Assembly: GCA_038046625.1 (NCBI GenBank)
Contig: JBBSVV010000017.1
Coordinates: 1 to 25,150, forward strand
DNA length: 25,150 nt
Direction: 5' to 3'
Origin: an archaeon
Lineage (GTDB): Archaea > Iainarchaeota > Iainarchaeia > Iainarchaeales > Iainarchaeaceae
Shown: piece after piece, positions 17,628 through 25,150 of the stretch
Numbering within the stretch: the stretch's first letter is position 1
Layout: every line of letters starts with the position of its first letter
The notes under the pieces: generated by a model
Database searches by the model: none
The model's input: only the letters and a program-made list of their open reading frames with translations
Told to the model about the DNA's origin: nothing
Program-made: the position numbers and the translations under genes

Positions 17628-18011
17628 TCACCGCTTTTTTCTCCCCGCATCTGTACCTGGTGTGGCTTTCCGCGCTGTTTTTCTGTTCTGGCCGAGAGCC
17701 CGCCTCTGCTCCGTGAGCCGATCCCTGATATTCCCGCTTATTTTCCTGTGGTCCTCCAAATAAGACCTCAGGTAACCCTTGGCCTGCTCGTGCAAGTAAT
17801 TCTTTGACAATAAGTCTTCAGTGCTTTTTTCAGACAGCCCCATTGTGCGCAGGAGGCTGAGTGTTGAGCGCCTCGGCTCATTTTTCCTCAGCGCCTCGAG
17901 CCTTTTTTTCACGCGGCCGCGCCTCTTGTTTTCAATGAGTTTTTTTGCCCCTGCCTTCACAAGCCTGAAGGCGGCAACCGTTCTCCTCAACGCGGGGCTT
18001 TTCGGCCTCAT
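17628..18011 (-). CDS. Hypothetical, extremely Arg/Lys-rich protein
   Basis: Its stop overlaps the SD of the next gene. Start set at ATG 18011 (MRPKSP), about 24 nt below GAAAAACTTAAAT; alternative start 18035. Confidence 0.65.
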   Translation of the reverse strand: MRPKSPALRRTVAAFRLVKAGAKKLIENKRRGRVKKRLEALRKNEPRRSTLSLLRTMGLSEKSTEDLLSKNYLHEQAKGYLRSYLEDHRKISGNIRDRLTEQRRALGQNRKTARKATPGTDAGRKKR

Positions 18012-18156
18012 AAATAGAAAACGCTTCGCCCGCATTTAAGTTTTTCGTTTAGTTGATTGTGAACAACCCAATCCCCGTCGGGGGGTTTCCGTTGACGGAA
18101 GGACGTCATAAATGCGGCTCCCACTATTTAAAATGATTCTGCAGAAGCACTAATTT

Positions 18157-19233
18157 ATGGATGAAAAAGGCATTCTCCCCCAATTTGACTCAATAGTGAA
18201 AAGCTTTTCTGTCCGCGACAAAATCGCGCTCATCCACGACCTTGATGCCGACGGTGTTTCCAGCGGTGCAATAACATTCAATGCGATAACCCTTTTGCGC
18301 GGCAAAGCCCCGGATCTTGTTGTCACACAATCATTCAAGACGGTTGAGTTGCTTCCGAAAACAATCTCATTGCTGAAAAAGAAAAAAATTTCAAAGGTGA
18401 TTGTGGTTGATTTTGCACTGGACCAGCAGCCCGAATCCGTCAAGATGGCTGAGAAACTGGTTGACCAAATCCTCGTGATTGACCACCACAAGTCCTATGG
18501 GAAACCCGGCAAAAAAACTTTTTTCCTCAAGGCCCAGTTTGTTTCTGATTTGGAGCCGAGCAATTACCCGACCTCGAAACTCGCGTTTGACTTGTTTTCG
18601 CGGCATGTCAGGCTTGAAAAATGGTCATGGATTGCCGCAATCGGCCTGCTTGGCGACAACCAGTTGGAGCAGTGGCGCGACTTCATTGAGGGCGCGGCAA
18701 AGGAACATAATTCCAGCGTTGCGGAACTCAATGAAATAATGCTGATTATTTCCGCCGTCGAGGTTCTCGTGCCGGAAAAGCTGAACGGGCTCCTAAAATT
18801 CTACGCTTCATGCTCTTCTCCAAAGGAAATGCTTTCATCCAAGTACGCGTCTTATGCGGAAAAGCTTGAAAGTGAAATGGCTTCGCTCATGAAAAAATTC
18901 GAAAAAGAGAAGCAGGTTTTTCCGGATGCGCAGTTGGTCTGGTTCGAGTTCAATGCGAAGCACAACATAAAGTCCGCCATAATCAACAGCGTGAGCAACG
19001 AATCGTACCCGCATTACACGGTTGTTTTTGTGCAGGACAAGGGCGACGGCTTTGTTTCCTTTTCCGCGAGGCGGCAGGATTTCAAGGTTAAGGCAAATGA
19101 TTTGCTAGAGAGCGCGGTCAAGGGCTTCGGGGACGCGGGCGCCGGCGGCCACGTTCCGGCTGCGGCGGGCAGATGCAAAAAAAGTGACTTGCCCGAATTG
19201 AAGAAGCGCATTGTTGCGATGCTCAGCCGCTGA
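18157..19233 (+). CDS. DHH/DHHA1 family phosphoesterase (RecJ/NrnA-like)
   Basis: HDLDADG, VVD, IDHH, GLLGD, FSARR and GAGGHVPAAAG; TATTTAAAA lies about 24 nt upstream. Confidence 0.92.
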   Translation: MDEKGILPQFDSIVKSFSVRDKIALIHDLDADGVSSGAITFNAITLLRGKAPDLVVTQSFKTVELLPKTISLLKKKKISKVIVVDFALDQQPESVKMAEKLVDQILVIDHHKSYGKPGKKTFFLKAQFVSDLEPSNYPTSKLAFDLFSRHVRLEKWSWIAAIGLLGDNQLEQWRDFIEGAAKEHNSSVAELNEIMLIISAVEVLVPEKLNGLLKFYASCSSPKEMLSSKYASYAEKLESEMASLMKKFEKEKQVFPDAQLVWFEFNAKHNIKSAIINSVSNESYPHYTVVFVQDKGDGFVSFSARRQDFKVKANDLLESAVKGFGDAGAGGHVPAAAGRCKKSDLPELKKRIVAMLSR

Positions 19234-19792
19234 AGCGCGTCTTTTTGAGCGCGAGATTCACTCTTTTGCCTTCGAGCTTCACTATTTTTCCGGGAACTCC
19301 GACAACTGTGGAGTTTGCGGGAACGTCCTTCATTATAATGAATGTTTCCGCGCCGATTTTTGCATTATCGCCTATGCTTATTGGCCCGAGGAGGGTTGCT
19401 CCTGTTCCTATGAGCACATTGCTGCCAAGTGTCGGGTGCCTCTTTCCGGCATGCTTTCCTGTTCCTCCAAGAGTAACGTTGTGGAACAGGACGCAGTTTT
19501 CTCCTATTTCCGCGGTTTCGCCTATTACGGTTCCTGTTCCGTGGTCAATGAAGAATCCCTTGCCTATTTTTGCTCCGGGATGTATTTCGGCGCCGCTCCA
19601 TGCTTTTGCCATGTTTGAAATGAAGCGCGGGATTATCGGGAGATCTGCCTTGTAAAGCTCGTGTGCGAGCCTGTAAACAAGGATTGCGTGAAAAGGAGTG
19701 TGGTTGATGAGCGCCTCGAGCCTGCTCTTTGCGGCAGGGTCATTCTTTACGACGGCTTCAAGGTCCGCCCTCATAACCCTCATTATGCCCAT
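19223..19792 (-). CDS. cysE: Serine O-acetyltransferase (short form)
   Basis: DPAA, YRLAH, EIHPGAKIGKGFFIDHG, VTLGGTGK..KRHPT and VVGVPG. Confidence 0.92.
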   Translation of the reverse strand: MGIMRVMRADLEAVVKNDPAAKSRLEALINHTPFHAILVYRLAHELYKADLPIIPRFISNMAKAWSGAEIHPGAKIGKGFFIDHGTGTVIGETAEIGENCVLFHNVTLGGTGKHAGKRHPTLGSNVLIGTGATLLGPISIGDNAKIGAETFIIMKDVPANSTVVGVPGKIVKLEGKRVNLALKKTRFSG

Positions 19793-19848
19793 TCAAATCA
19801 ATGAATTTGCTTCGGAGCAGAATAAAACCCTTTCCAGGAATTCTAACC

Positions 19849-20571
19849 CTATATGGAACCGGCTTTTCCCATGTAGTAAACCTTGTCCTCGACAGCGAAA
19901 ACCTCAAACTCATCAATGTTTCCGATGAGCGGACTTAATATTTTTTCTTTTGTGATGTCGCTTCCCATTGAAATGAAGTTCAGCGAAGGCATCACTATGA
20001 GTGTTTTTCCTTTGTATTTTCCGCGCAGGAAGCACTTGTAGGTTTCGCTCTTGACTCCGTCCTTTATCGAGACAGCTGGATGTTCATGGCCGATTATTAT
20101 TGTTTCTGCGCCTTTCAGGAGTTCGTTTGACGGTTCCTTGTGGCCGTGAATGAAAAGCGTTTTTGATTTTTCCGCAAAGTAATGCTCAACAACTTTCACG
20201 CCCATTGATTTTGCAATGGGTTCGAGGATTGCATCGTGGTTCCCCTTAACAATAATGACTTCTTTGCAGTGTGCTTTCAGCAGTTCAATGAGTTCAGCCA
20301 CTTCGCGCCATTCCTGCCTCGAGATTTCCCCGAACTCGTGCTTCAAATCCCCGTTCACGAGTATTTTCTCGGCGCCTTTTGCGTGCGGAAAAATTTTGTC
20401 CGCGAGCCGCCTCTTTATTTCCTCGAAGTTCAACCGGGGGACAAAAACTCCCTGCGAGTTGAGCATTCCTTCATAGCCCAACTGGAGATCCGTTATTGCG
20501 AGCAGTTTATCGGCTGTGAGAAAAAGTGCCAGATCAATTATTTCTATTCCTTTGCTGATTTCTTTCTTCAT
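19849..20571 (-). CDS. Calcineurin-like metallophosphoesterase of the Lhr-associated type
   Basis: TDLQLGYE, NGDLKHEF, GNHD, HGH, GHEHP and KCFL. Start set at ATG 20571. Confidence 0.9.
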   Translation of the reverse strand: MKKEISKGIEIIDLALFLTADKLLAITDLQLGYEGMLNSQGVFVPRLNFEEIKRRLADKIFPHAKGAEKILVNGDLKHEFGEISRQEWREVAELIELLKAHCKEVIIVKGNHDAILEPIAKSMGVKVVEHYFAEKSKTLFIHGHKEPSNELLKGAETIIIGHEHPAVSIKDGVKSETYKCFLRGKYKGKTLIVMPSLNFISMGSDITKEKILSPLIGNIDEFEVFAVEDKVYYMGKAGSI

Positions 20572-20611
20572 GGGCAATCTTCTGTAAAACCGTGAACTTC
20601 CAAATTCAAAG

Positions 20612-21067
20612 CTAGTTTGCGGAATCATTGTTGCGCGCTTTATTCCGTTTAAACATTTTCATTGCGGCAGACAGCAACTTTCCGGCCTTGGTTGGGCCCT
20701 TTTTGCTTTTATCTGCAGCCATTTTTTCTATGCGTAACCTTGCTCCTTTTCCTATTACTGTATACCATTTTCCGTTCATGTTCAACACTGCCATTCGGGT
20801 ATATTTCCTGCCGGTGTCTGTTTCAAAAAAAATCTCATAAAATTTGACTCCTTTTGCATGAAATTCTTTTAAGCTTAATATTTTGTGAACAGGAAGCGGT
20901 TTTGTATGCAGGTAAATGGCGCCGTTTGTTGTTGGCAATCTTATGGATTTGGTGGTACTGCCGAACAATGGGTCTGTTCTTCCCTCTCTCCTGATTTTCG
21001 GGTCATGAATAACCGCATCTACGTTGAAGTTATGGCTTTTTGGCCTGCCTTTTCTGAACGGCCGCAT
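20612..21067 (-). CDS. Hypothetical basic protein
   Basis: A 151-codon ORF fills the lhr-phosphoesterase gap, with its own TTTAAAT about 23 nt upstream of the ATG. Confidence 0.7.
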   Translation of the reverse strand: MRPFRKGRPKSHNFNVDAVIHDPKIRREGRTDPLFGSTTKSIRLPTTNGAIYLHTKPLPVHKILSLKEFHAKGVKFYEIFFETDTGRKYTRMAVLNMNGKWYTVIGKGARLRIEKMAADKSKKGPTKAGKLLSAAMKMFKRNKARNNDSAN

Positions 21068-21127
21068 GTTATAACACTTGATTCGCAGAATTTAAATCAT
21101 TTGGCATTTTTGCTCACAAACGCCATT

Positions 21128-23728
21128 CTACTGTAAAGATTTTTCCCCTATCCTTTCCATTACCTTCTCGTGCATCCTTTTGATAAAAGCCAGGCGATCC
21201 TCCATGCGCATTGTATCCATGTGCCCCTGCATCGCTATGTTCCAGGCAAAGGGGCTTGGGAAAGCCGAATCCAGGAGCTTGGTTTTGATCTGCTTTGCCT
21301 CAACCCCCTCAATAACCTTCTCCGCAGAGGCAAGGTCCATTGCATCTTCCAAAACCTCGCGACGCGCCTCCTTCAGGATTACGAAATCATTGCTTATCCT
21401 GCGCACCGCGCTCAGCAAAAGCCTCGAACTCATCTGCTGCCTTCCCGCGCTCTTTGTTCTTCCCTTGTAAGAGCGGAGTATCATGAGCGAGCGTGTTGCG
21501 CAGTGCCTGAACCTCCTCGAAAGAATCTCCGTATTGTTAATCGCGAACTCGAGGATTCTCCTCAAATCTTTCCTGTTCACCGCGGTCAAAGCCTTCTCAA
21601 TCGGCATTTTGTCCGTTCCGGAGAGCATGAACCCGTTGTCGTTCATTGTTATTTCAACATCATGACGCATTATTTTAGAGAGGGCATACCCATATGCAAA
21701 GCTGAGCGCGTCATTCGTTTTTCTCCCGTAAAGCGCGTGGAAAACGAGGTTTGTCCTTCCTTCTTCGCGGAACCTCTCGATTATTATTTTTCCGTTGTTC
21801 GGAATCTCAAGGAATTTGAACTGTTCGTAAAAATATTCGTAAAGGGCTTCCGCGGCTTTTTCGTTCAAATGCACGTATTCCATGAGGAACGGAACCATTT
21901 TTCCTTTCTTTTCCCCTGCCTTTAGCTTTTGCTCCATCAGTTTCCTGAACCTTCCTATTTCAAGGGCTAGGTCAAAGCTCAATGGAAGCATTTCCGAGAA
22001 CCACGAAGGAACGGTTGGCGGTCTCTGATAGGCGGCAACGACCTGCGCCGTCATTCCTCTAGTAAATTTGAATTCATAAGTCTGCCCGCCCAAAACAAAC
22101 ACATCTCCCTTGTGCAGCCTTTCAAGGAATCTTTCGTCTATCGTTCCGATTGTTGCTTCGCCGATTTTCACTTTTATTTTGGCTTCATCCGGAATTGTTC
22201 CGATGTTGGTCATGTATATTATGCGCGCGGTCTTGCCGCGCCTGCCAATCATTCCTGTTTCCTCATCCATCCAGATTTTTGCGTACACATGCCGCGTCTC
22301 GAGAGAAGTGTACATTCCCGCGAGGTATTCTATTGTTTCGTTGAAGTCAATTCTCGGGAGATCCTTGTAGCAGTAGCTTTGCTTCACGAGTTTGTAAAGG
22401 TCATCAACATGAATTTTGTCTTCAATAGCTATTCCGAATATGTGCTGTGCCAACACATCCGTGGCGTTTTGCGTAATCCTGATTTTGTCCAGCTTTTTGT
22501 CCAAAGCGCTTTTGAGCATTATCGCGCACTCAACTAAATCATCGCGGTCAAGCACAATTATTCTTCCTTTTACTGTGGTGTGAAGTTGGTGTCCCGAGCG
22601 TCCTATTCTTTGTATTGCGCGTGCAATGCTTTTCGGCGAACCCAATAAAATCACTAGGTCAATGTATCCAATATCTATTCCCAATTCAAGCGATGTTGAG
22701 CACACGACGCATTTCAGTTCTCCGCGCTTCAATCTCTCTTCCACATTTAAGCGCATTTCCCTTGAAAGCGAGGAATGATGCGCGCCGATGTTTGCGCCGT
22801 ATTCTGTCGGAAATTTGTCCTTGAGGTTGTGTACAACCCTTTCGGTTGCGCTCCTCGTGTTCGTGAATATGAGTGTTGTGCGGTGCTGTTTGACCAGGTC
22901 GTGCAGAGTGCTGTAAAGGGCTTCCTGTATGTTCTGGCTCGAGGCATTCGTGAAGCTGTTCAGTGGCGAAATGACTTTCAAATCCAGTTTTTTGAGAAAA
23001 GAAACGTCCACGATTTTGCAGTTTCTCGGCTCGCCGTGTTCATTCCCAACTAAGTAATGCGCAACCTCCTTGAGCGGTGAAACCGTTGCGCTCAGGCCTA
23101 TTCTGCAAAATCCAGGGGCGAGCCTCTGCAGCCTTTCAAGCGAGAGTGAAAGATGAACGCCGCGCTTGTTTTCTGCCAAGGAGTGAATTTCATCCACGAT
23201 AACCCATTGCGTTCCCCTCAGGTTTTCCCTGAATTTCGGTGCCGTTAAAATTATTGCAAGCGATTCAGGCGTTGTGATGAGTATGTGCGGCGGTTTGCGG
23301 AGCATTTTGCTTCGCTCGCTCTGGGTTGTGTCTCCTGTGCGGACAGCAACCCTTATGCCTAATTTTTTTCCATGCTTTGATGCGGCTTCCTTTATTTCAT
23401 CGAGCGGTTCCTTGAGGTTCCTTTCGATGTCGTTGGAAAGCGCGCGCAATGGCGAGATGTACACGCAGTAAATTTTGTCCTCCAATTGGTTTGCTTCGCT
23501 GAGGTTGAGTAGTTCGCTGAGGATTGCGGTGAATGCGCTTAAGGTTTTTCCTGTTCCTGTTTCAGCGCTTACAAGGGTATTCTGCCTGTAGTGGATGTTC
23601 GGGATTGCGTAGAGCTGCGGCTCTGTAAAGGTCCCAAACTTTTTTTTGAACCAATTGGCCATCATCGGGTTGAGCAGCTTGAATATCTGCTCGCCTTCAT
23701 GCTTTTCCTCCTGTATTTCTATTGCCAC
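21128..23728 (-). CDS. lhr: ATP-dependent Lhr-family SF2 helicase (archaeal Lhr2 type)
   Basis: TGTGKT, SPLRAL, TTPESL, DEIH, SAT, TSLELGID, QRIGRSGH and PTVPSWFSEMLPLSFDLA. Start uncertain; GTG 23728 chosen. Confidence 0.95.
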   Translation of the reverse strand: MAIEIQEEKHEGEQIFKLLNPMMANWFKKKFGTFTEPQLYAIPNIHYRQNTLVSAETGTGKTLSAFTAILSELLNLSEANQLEDKIYCVYISPLRALSNDIERNLKEPLDEIKEAASKHGKKLGIRVAVRTGDTTQSERSKMLRKPPHILITTPESLAIILTAPKFRENLRGTQWVIVDEIHSLAENKRGVHLSLSLERLQRLAPGFCRIGLSATVSPLKEVAHYLVGNEHGEPRNCKIVDVSFLKKLDLKVISPLNSFTNASSQNIQEALYSTLHDLVKQHRTTLIFTNTRSATERVVHNLKDKFPTEYGANIGAHHSSLSREMRLNVEERLKRGELKCVVCSTSLELGIDIGYIDLVILLGSPKSIARAIQRIGRSGHQLHTTVKGRIIVLDRDDLVECAIMLKSALDKKLDKIRITQNATDVLAQHIFGIAIEDKIHVDDLYKLVKQSYCYKDLPRIDFNETIEYLAGMYTSLETRHVYAKIWMDEETGMIGRRGKTARIIYMTNIGTIPDEAKIKVKIGEATIGTIDERFLERLHKGDVFVLGGQTYEFKFTRGMTAQVVAAYQRPPTVPSWFSEMLPLSFDLALEIGRFRKLMEQKLKAGEKKGKMVPFLMEYVHLNEKAAEALYEYFYEQFKFLEIPNNGKIIIERFREEGRTNLVFHALYGRKTNDALSFAYGYALSKIMRHDVEITMNDNGFMLSGTDKMPIEKALTAVNRKDLRRILEFAINNTEILSRRFRHCATRSLMILRSYKGRTKSAGRQQMSSRLLLSAVRRISNDFVILKEARREVLEDAMDLASAEKVIEGVEAKQIKTKLLDSAFPSPFAWNIAMQGHMDTMRMEDRLAFIKRMHEKVMERIGEKSLQ

Positions 23729-23846
23729 AACCAAACACTCTCTTGCTACATAACTATTTGCCATACTTTTTTGGCAACAATTAGTATACACAAACACTTA
23801 AATGCGTTAGCCGCAGTTTCACTTCTTCAAGAGCTTGAACGCCCTT

Positions 23847-24428
23847 TCACCATTTCTGTATCTTGTCAATCCCGAGCCTCACAATCCGCTCGTTCATTTT
23901 TTCTATTATTTCGAGGTCCTTTTCAAGGTAGGTTGCTATTTTTTTGTGCTCGCCGCGCCAATGGGCTTCTGCAACATTCTCGCCGTCGAATCCTTCTATT
24001 GTTTCTATTCCGATGAGCTGCGCGAATTCCTTCATTTTGCCGCGCGTGTGCCTGTAAGTGAATGCGGAGATTGATTCCCTCAAATCAATTACTTCTTTGA
24101 TCGTAAAGGGGACTATTTTCACTTCATTGATGAAGCTCCTCGTTACAAGGATTGGCAAATCAAAGTCCTTGACATTGAAGCCAACCAGTTTTCCGCTGAG
24201 GGCATTTTGTTTCCTGAAGGCCGCGAATTCGCCCCAGAATTTTTCAAGCATTTCCTTTTCGCTTTTGCCCTGGATTATGGATGCACTTTTGCCTGTTTCC
24301 TTTACCCCTATTGCGACAATGCTCGAGTCTATCGGGTTCAATAATTTCTTGCGCTCGGCCTCGTCCCTTTTCAGGTAATCTTCCCTGTCTATTGGGCATG
24401 TTTCAATATCAAAGCAGAAGTACTTCAA
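23847..24428 (-). CDS. Stand-alone RNase H-like DEDDy 3'-5' exonuclease (PolB-exo/YprB-like)
   Basis: ExoI FDIET, ExoII GFNVKDFD and ExoIII YLEKD; TTG start preceded by GGTG. Confidence 0.88.
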   Translation of the reverse strand: MKYFCFDIETCPIDREDYLKRDEAERKKLLNPIDSSIVAIGVKETGKSASIIQGKSEKEMLEKFWGEFAAFRKQNALSGKLVGFNVKDFDLPILVTRSFINEVKIVPFTIKEVIDLRESISAFTYRHTRGKMKEFAQLIGIETIEGFDGENVAEAHWRGEHKKIATYLEKDLEIIEKMNERIVRLGIDKIQKW

Positions 24429-24531
24429 AGTGGCACCATAAAGAATGTTTTTTGAAGTTCTTTTAAACCCGAAGCAGGCATGGTTGCCAGTGCCATAACT
24501 AATTTATACTTTAAATTCCTTATTTTTGTTC

Positions 24532-24969
24532 ATGGATGTGGTCAGGGTTAATGAGAAGTACATTGATGCGATTGCCGAGCTCCTGAAGAAGGAGTTCCTT
24601 AAGCCTCCGTATAATGAGACCTGGATTCTCTCGCGCTTGGTCGGGAGGGTAGAGGAGGTTTTCGGGGATAACAAGAAGTTTTGTTTTGTTGCGGTGCGCA
24701 GCGGGGTTGTTTTGGGTGTTGTTCTTGCGAGCACTGTTGTTTTCCGCGAAGGAACCCGCTGTTTTGTGGAGGAGTTTGTGATTGATTCTGCGGAGCAGGA
24801 TGCTGGCGTTGGCACAAAGCTCCTCTCGCGCCTCGAGGTGGAGTGCAAAAAAGCCGAAATCGAGACCCTCTGGGTTACGGTGAACCAAAAAGCCAAGGCG
24901 CAGGGCTTTTATTTGAAGAGCGGATTTGTTGCTTCGGATTACCGCTTAATGGAGAAGCAGGTGAAGTAA
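24532..24969 (+). CDS. GNAT family N-acetyltransferase
   Basis: FVIDSAEQDAGVGTKLL (acetyl-CoA motif A) and NQKAKAQGFYLKSGF; TTTATA upstream. Start set at ATG 24532. Confidence 0.9.
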   Translation: MDVVRVNEKYIDAIAELLKKEFLKPPYNETWILSRLVGRVEEVFGDNKKFCFVAVRSGVVLGVVLASTVVFREGTRCFVEEFVIDSAEQDAGVGTKLLSRLEVECKKAEIETLWVTVNQKAKAQGFYLKSGFVASDYRLMEKQVK

Positions 24970-25150
24970 ATTTTATAATTAGTAAATTTTTAATGGGTGC
25001 TCAATTCTCGATAATGGCGGTTTCACTATACCAGTCTTGGCCCCATTCTAAATCAATTTCATTTTGTATTTCTGACTTGTGTAATGGATTTTCTCAAATT
25101 GAGCGCATTATTGCAATAACTGCTGTTTTGGGTATTGGCGCACAGCAGGC

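Noticed and set aside
17619..17630. Identical 12-mer TGATTTGAATGG at the starts of the 60-aa gene and cysE (19789-19800)
   Set aside because: Adequately explained by a Shine-Dalgarno-like sequence, spacer and ATG; too short to imply more.
1..25150. CRISPR array, rRNA, transposase, integrase or prophage genes
   Set aside because: No regularly spaced repeats or hallmark motifs were seen.
24970..25150. Possible partial ORFs at the right edge (a minus-strand frame ending ..QVRNTK*, and a plus-strand pilin-like GFSQIERII..)
   Set aside because: Too short and truncated to decide between them; not called.

Overview
Gene-dense archaeal chromosomal segment. The archaeal call rests on class III signal peptides, NucS, an Lhr2-type helicase, NadM and TATA boxes about 22-31 nt upstream of start codons. 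A DPANN lineage such as Iainarchaeota/Diapherotrites is my inference, not something I can verify. From left to right the window holds: a structured non-coding stretch; prs; three tandem class III signal peptide (pilin-like) genes; a degenerate HAD-like protein; enolase; a CNNM/CorC-type CBS membrane protein; nucS; a de novo NAD cluster (nadA convergent on nadC-SMR-like-nadM-nadB); a basic orphan; pdxS-pdxT; tldD-tldE; two small genes; a DHH/DHHA1 phosphoesterase; cysE; a DEDD exonuclease-lhr-orphan-metallophosphoesterase array; and a GNAT. I saw no rRNA, tRNA, CRISPR array, transposase, integrase or reverse transcriptase. The main leads are (i) the pilin cassette, with a shared extended promoter motif and a 123-nt near-identical block between otherwise diverged paralogs, (ii) three separately promoted orphans with Arg/Lys-rich N-termini inserted among housekeeping genes, (iii) two structured intergenic elements, and (iv) a mosaic NAD/PLP cofactor island. 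All product calls come from recognising motifs by eye; no database search was run.
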